A stretch of DNA of 25,006 nucleotides, taken from Paraphysomonas bandaiensis (Eukaryota; Protista; Chrysophyceae). Below the pieces are notes generated by a model. It worked only from the letters and a program-made list of their open reading frames with translations, searched no databases and had not been told where the DNA came from. A program made the position numbers and the translations under genes. The DNA is taken from assembly GCA_965644295.1 (NCBI GenBank), contig CBFFRP010000499.1, forward strand, positions 1 through 25,006, given 5' to 3'. Of this stretch, positions 21,198 through 25,006 are shown piece after piece; position 1 is the stretch's first letter, and every line of letters begins with the position of its first letter.

Positions 21198-22094
21198 TAT
21201 TTTATGAGCTCAACGGGTCAAATGATTTCGGTGTCGACTATAGCAGCCTTCCTTTCTGATGTACAGGATTAACGTGGTGTATAGTAGCTGCTACTGTCCG
21301 CGCTATTGAAGTGTGTAGTATTTGTCATAGGCACCATTTATTTGAGGTTTAAGAGTAGTTTGTCTTACTTTTTCTATCATTAGAAATCCCGGTAAATAGT
21401 AAGGTATAAAGCAGACGAAAGCATTGGGTTCGTGCTGATTAGTTCGTGAGTCATCTATGCAGTTTTTAAAACTGAAATTTATCCGTCTATTATTTATTCG
21501 ATTATTCTGTTTGCTACTTACATTACCCATTAGTTTAGATTAAAATCGGGTAAGCAATGAAATAAGGGTATTCTGTTCCCATCGAGTCAATACATCCTCA
21601 ATTATCAATTAATTACAATTGTAATATCATTCCCATTATCATTGTCATTTACCATTTATAGTGTTGCCACTCCTACTACCAACCAATATTTTACAATCTT
21701 GGATAGACACTATAGTTTACAGTTTACAGTCAATGTATTTCAGTTTCAGTAACATGATTCATGCCACTTAATGAAATTCATATTGTACTGCTTTTAACTT
21801 TAAACTACTGTATTATTCAGTTAAAGGTTTTAATTTGAAAACTTTAAAATACTGCTTCTAATAGGTTTAAAAAACTCAACACGCGCTCTACTGCACCGGT
21901 AAGTACGAAGCCTGAGATGTGTATGGTATCTTTATGTAGCGTAGGGGCTATGTATGTCGAAGGACGTCGAAGTGTAAACAAAAAGAGTCAGGAAGTGGAT
22001 ATCGCTCAAGTTATATTAAATTCTATTGAGTTCCATTTAATACATATTATCTATATGCTTTCTTTATTATAATGGTTAATATTGAGCGAATTAA

Positions 22095-22547
22095 ATGCGT
22101 TTTCAGGAGTTTGGTTTCATGGTGCTGTACTGCATTCTCCAACTGGTCACTATTCGTTTCAATTCCTTGTTACAGTTAAAGGTGTTTTTACAAAATGATG
22201 ATGTAAAATTTATTAACGAAATTTATTTTAACAGTGGTTACTATGATTCGAACAATGAAAAATTCAACCGCGTGTTTTTGAAAAGCGTTACATTGCACAC
22301 TATATTAAAAGAGACTATAATCAATCTACCAAATAAAGGACGGCCGAAAAAGGTTAAATCATATGTATCAAAGATATACCCATCAAAAGCTAATTTAGGT
22401 ATTATGCTGTTTATATTGAGTTCACCATTGAGAGGTAAAACAATCAAAGATCAAGAAATTATATCGGGTCACGGTATTTCAGGAAAATGCTCAACGCTCA
22501 ATAATGTTACTAATCCATCATTGATATTTAAAAGAATTGCAAAGTGA
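22095..22547 (+). other. AT-rich ORF of unknown origin, possibly a decayed TE or viral gene
   Basis: 150 open codons in very AT-rich DNA, K/N/I-rich, with an AT-hook-like KGRPKK. No family recognised. Confidence 0.3.
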
Positions 22548-22844
22548 CACATTTCAACAAGGAATAAATATATAATATCAACATTACATTTTCCAGTTCA
22601 CCACAAGTTAGATAAGAGATCAAATAATTGATGACACTTTGTTTTTAAGGAATTTTGCGTACGTGCTCTCCAAACTACTATGCTGTATAACAAAAATAAA
22701 CACAAAGTAGTACGCTACAGCAAATTTCAAAGTGGATTCAGGAATGGCCAGAAGAATTAAAGAATTTCGCATATGGCTAAATTCTTAAAATATGAAAAAG
22801 ATGCAAGTGTTGAAACAATGTATATCTTGAAGATGCAGACTAAG

Positions 22845-23293
22845 GTAGCAACACAATTTAACTAACTAGTGATTAACTCTGATATCCTACTATTTAGCGC
22901 TACGAAAGCTGCTTGTGTGTCACTGCAAGCACCTATGTGCAACCACTTTTGCTCTATCAATCAAAGCAAATGCAGTGAGCAAGCAGAAGGTTGATATACC
23001 TGACACCTGCTGACTTCAGGATTTTTGAGTCCTTGAGGTGAACAGCCCGGATGCTTGACTTCAACAGGCAGCCCAGTCTCGGATCCTTATATATTCGTCG
23101 AGGCCCAAAAACGTCTACACAAGTGACACTAATTAGTGTTCATTGTACCACACAAGTATTTGGCTATGAGCGGACAGAAAATTATCTGCTGACTATATAC
23201 TATATATGTGGCTCACGTTAGATTCCCGAAGAAATACCTCCGGTACTTATCCCCCAGAACACTACGAAGAGGTGTGAGTTCGACTTTGTTGAG
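22845..23293 (-). mobile_element. Non-autonomous ribozyme-headed retroelement, copy 3 (most complete tail)
   Basis: Body matches copies 1 and 2 except for a 30-bp deletion. 22883-22948 matches LINE 3' UTR 4869-4934 at 59/66 nt without gaps. No TSD found. Confidence 0.85.
23212..23293 (-). ncRNA. HDV-like ribozyme candidate (best-paired copy)
   Basis: CUCAAC...CUCAC-ACC-UCUUCGU-AGU-GUUCUGG-GG-GAUA-AGUA-CCGGAGG-UAUU-UCUUCGG-GAA-U-CUAAC-GUGAG. P4 is fully paired; P1 and P3 are imperfect. Confidence 0.65.
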
Positions 23294-23413
23294 CGTGCCA
23301 TTCATCATCGCAGTGAAATATGGAACTTAGGAGTAGTACAAGAAGACAAGTTAGGAAAAAACTAATACCGTGTATATTTTTTCTAGATAGTTCATATGAT
23401 AGCTAGAGACTTA

Positions 23414-23720
23414 CAGGGATAGGGAACAATATATTGCAATACTATTGTTAGGTAGCGTTCCATCAATAGTATTGATGGATTTTTTAAACCGGCCCTACAA
23501 TACTATTGCAATATATTGCAATATATTGTACAATATATTGCAATATATTAGTATGACTAATCAGTAAGTAAACACATCCGTAGTTTTCATTTTTAGTACT
23601 TGCCATATTTTATAAGGTCTAAGGTCACTTGATAATCAAACCCACTACTCTTAACTAATTAAAAGTTTCCTCATACTCATCCTCTGAGCCATCATCGGTG
23701 ACATCATCATCACCATAAGT
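23414..23720 (-). mobile_element. End of a second hAT-family copy: TIR plus subterminal repeats
   Basis: TIR CAGGGATAGGGAACAATATATTG, arrays of CAATATATTG and TATTGCAATA palindromes, and homology to 9570-9788. Confidence 0.85.
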
Positions 23721-25006
23721 CGGTGTGATCATGAAACCTGGTAAAGTGATTTCACCAGGTTTCATATATGGAAATGTTTCATATAAGTGCTTATTTGAAG
23801 TCTGTATTAATATTAGTTATAACTTAGTTGTTGTATATTATCAATTATATATATTATTTTAAAAATATTTTACTAAAATACTGTATTATATTGTTACTTC
23901 TCATATAAATCTACTGTATTACTACTTATGAAAATCTCACATCAACGTAACACTACTATATATATATTATGCACAGACAACACATACACGAAGTAATAAA
24001 ATGCAGACACAATATCCCTGAATTAATTACGCTTCACCGAAAACGATATTTTATTTGAAGTAATTCTGCAACACTAAGTTCTCGTACAAAATATTCTTCT
24101 TTTCCGCATCATGTAATCGATGCAGTCGATCAGTTTGATCTTGCACTGTAGACATAAGCATAAAAGAATTTCGACCATCACTACAATGAACAGCTTGTTG
24201 AGGTGCAAGAGACACACCAGTATCATCACAAGCACCAAGAGAAGCAGTACGTGCCACAGGGATAGTAGGAGGTACAGGCGGTTCGGAAACACCAACAATA
24301 GATGCAGGCTGAGCAGAGGGATCGTGCTGTACAGGTGAGGGAGCCACTTCTCTGCTTGATACGATCTGCTTCATCTCGTCTCTCAACTCCATACACATAG
24401 CCTGGGACTCTTTCAGTTGTTGCATCAACTCTTTGACGACAGCATCCTGGTGAAGGGGAGGGGGTGGATGAGGAATACCCCCATCCTGGTGGGTGGGAGG
24501 GGATGCATGAGAAATACTTCTATCCTCAATCGTGATTACTTCGTCATCATGGTACTTCCCCTGCACAATAAAAGTCAAAAGTTAAATAAAATATCCAAAG
24601 CATAAAAGCAGACATTTCTTACGACTTTACTCCGCTTCGGTTTCTTAGAAGAGATCTTCTCGACCAGTTCCTGCGCCTTCTTCATGGCGCAGGCCTTCTT
24701 GCGCCGCCCACACACTTTTGGCACCACTATACTGTTGTCCGAATGAACTTTCTTGGTTCTCCGGCCAGCCCCCTTTCGCTTTCCTTCAGAGGGTTCCTGG
24801 TCCCAGCCATCCGTCTCAACAACAACAAATGACCCCGTTTCATCCTTGTTTGGTCCTCTCTCCGGGACATAGGTAAAGTCATGGATTTCAAACCAATTAC
24901 CTAAGGAAGATATCAGTCTATCATGGTCCTCAAACTCCAGAGGAAGATATCTGTATTCCTTCTTAAACTTCGAGATCCCCTGTACGCGGAACCACTGTTC
25001 CATTGT
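23721..25006. mobile_element. Probable unclassified element nested in the hAT copy, running off the right edge
   Basis: hAT homology stops at ~23717-23720. The new sequence starts CGGTGTGATC and is followed at once by a 12-bp inverted repeat (23731-23765). Confidence 0.45.
24051..25006 (-). CDS. Hypothetical protein, 5'-partial, at least two exons
   Basis: Two ORFs join in phase 0 across a 62-bp GTAAG...TGCAG intron (24622-24561), giving KRSKV|GKYHDD. Basic NLS-like clusters, a Pro-rich linker and a coiled coil. Confidence 0.65.

Noticed and set aside
17204-23436. The two TIRs as ends of one transposon carrying the cystatin and LC4 genes
   Set aside because: The TIRs face outward from this interval, so they are the ends of two separate copies, and their flanking 8-mers (GTCACTAC, GAGACTTA) differ.
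23420-23550. CAATATATTG repeat array as a CRISPR or satellite
   Set aside because: There are no unique spacers. These are palindromic hAT subterminal repeats, also present at 9610-9660 and 10135-10250.

Overview
Eukaryotic genomic DNA, probably from a flagellated protist. Short GT-AG introns and an axonemal dynein LC4-like gene support this; a stramenopile origin is my inference. Four host genes are present: TRAPPC6/Trs33, a secreted saposin-like protein, a cystatin and an EF-hand LC4-like protein. They are interleaved with dense, partly nested mobile elements. (1) An APE-RT-RNase H non-LTR retrotransposon runs off the left edge, and a 5'-truncated inverted copy has a 23-bp TSD. (2) A young chromodomain-bearing Ty3/Gypsy element with 1348-bp LTRs sits inside the terminal inverted repeat of a deleted hAT transposon. 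It has an 87-aa mini-gag, an in-frame gag-UAA-pol junction, an LFDN RT motif and no canonical PBS. (3) A second hAT end is interrupted by an unclassified element. (4) The most interesting feature is three copies of a ~450-bp non-coding element. Its 5' end fits an HDV-like ribozyme of the L1Tc/ingi type and its 3' part matches the LINE 3' UTR. Two of the copies form a 371-bp-arm inverted repeat. All alignments, folds and mismatch counts were done by eye.
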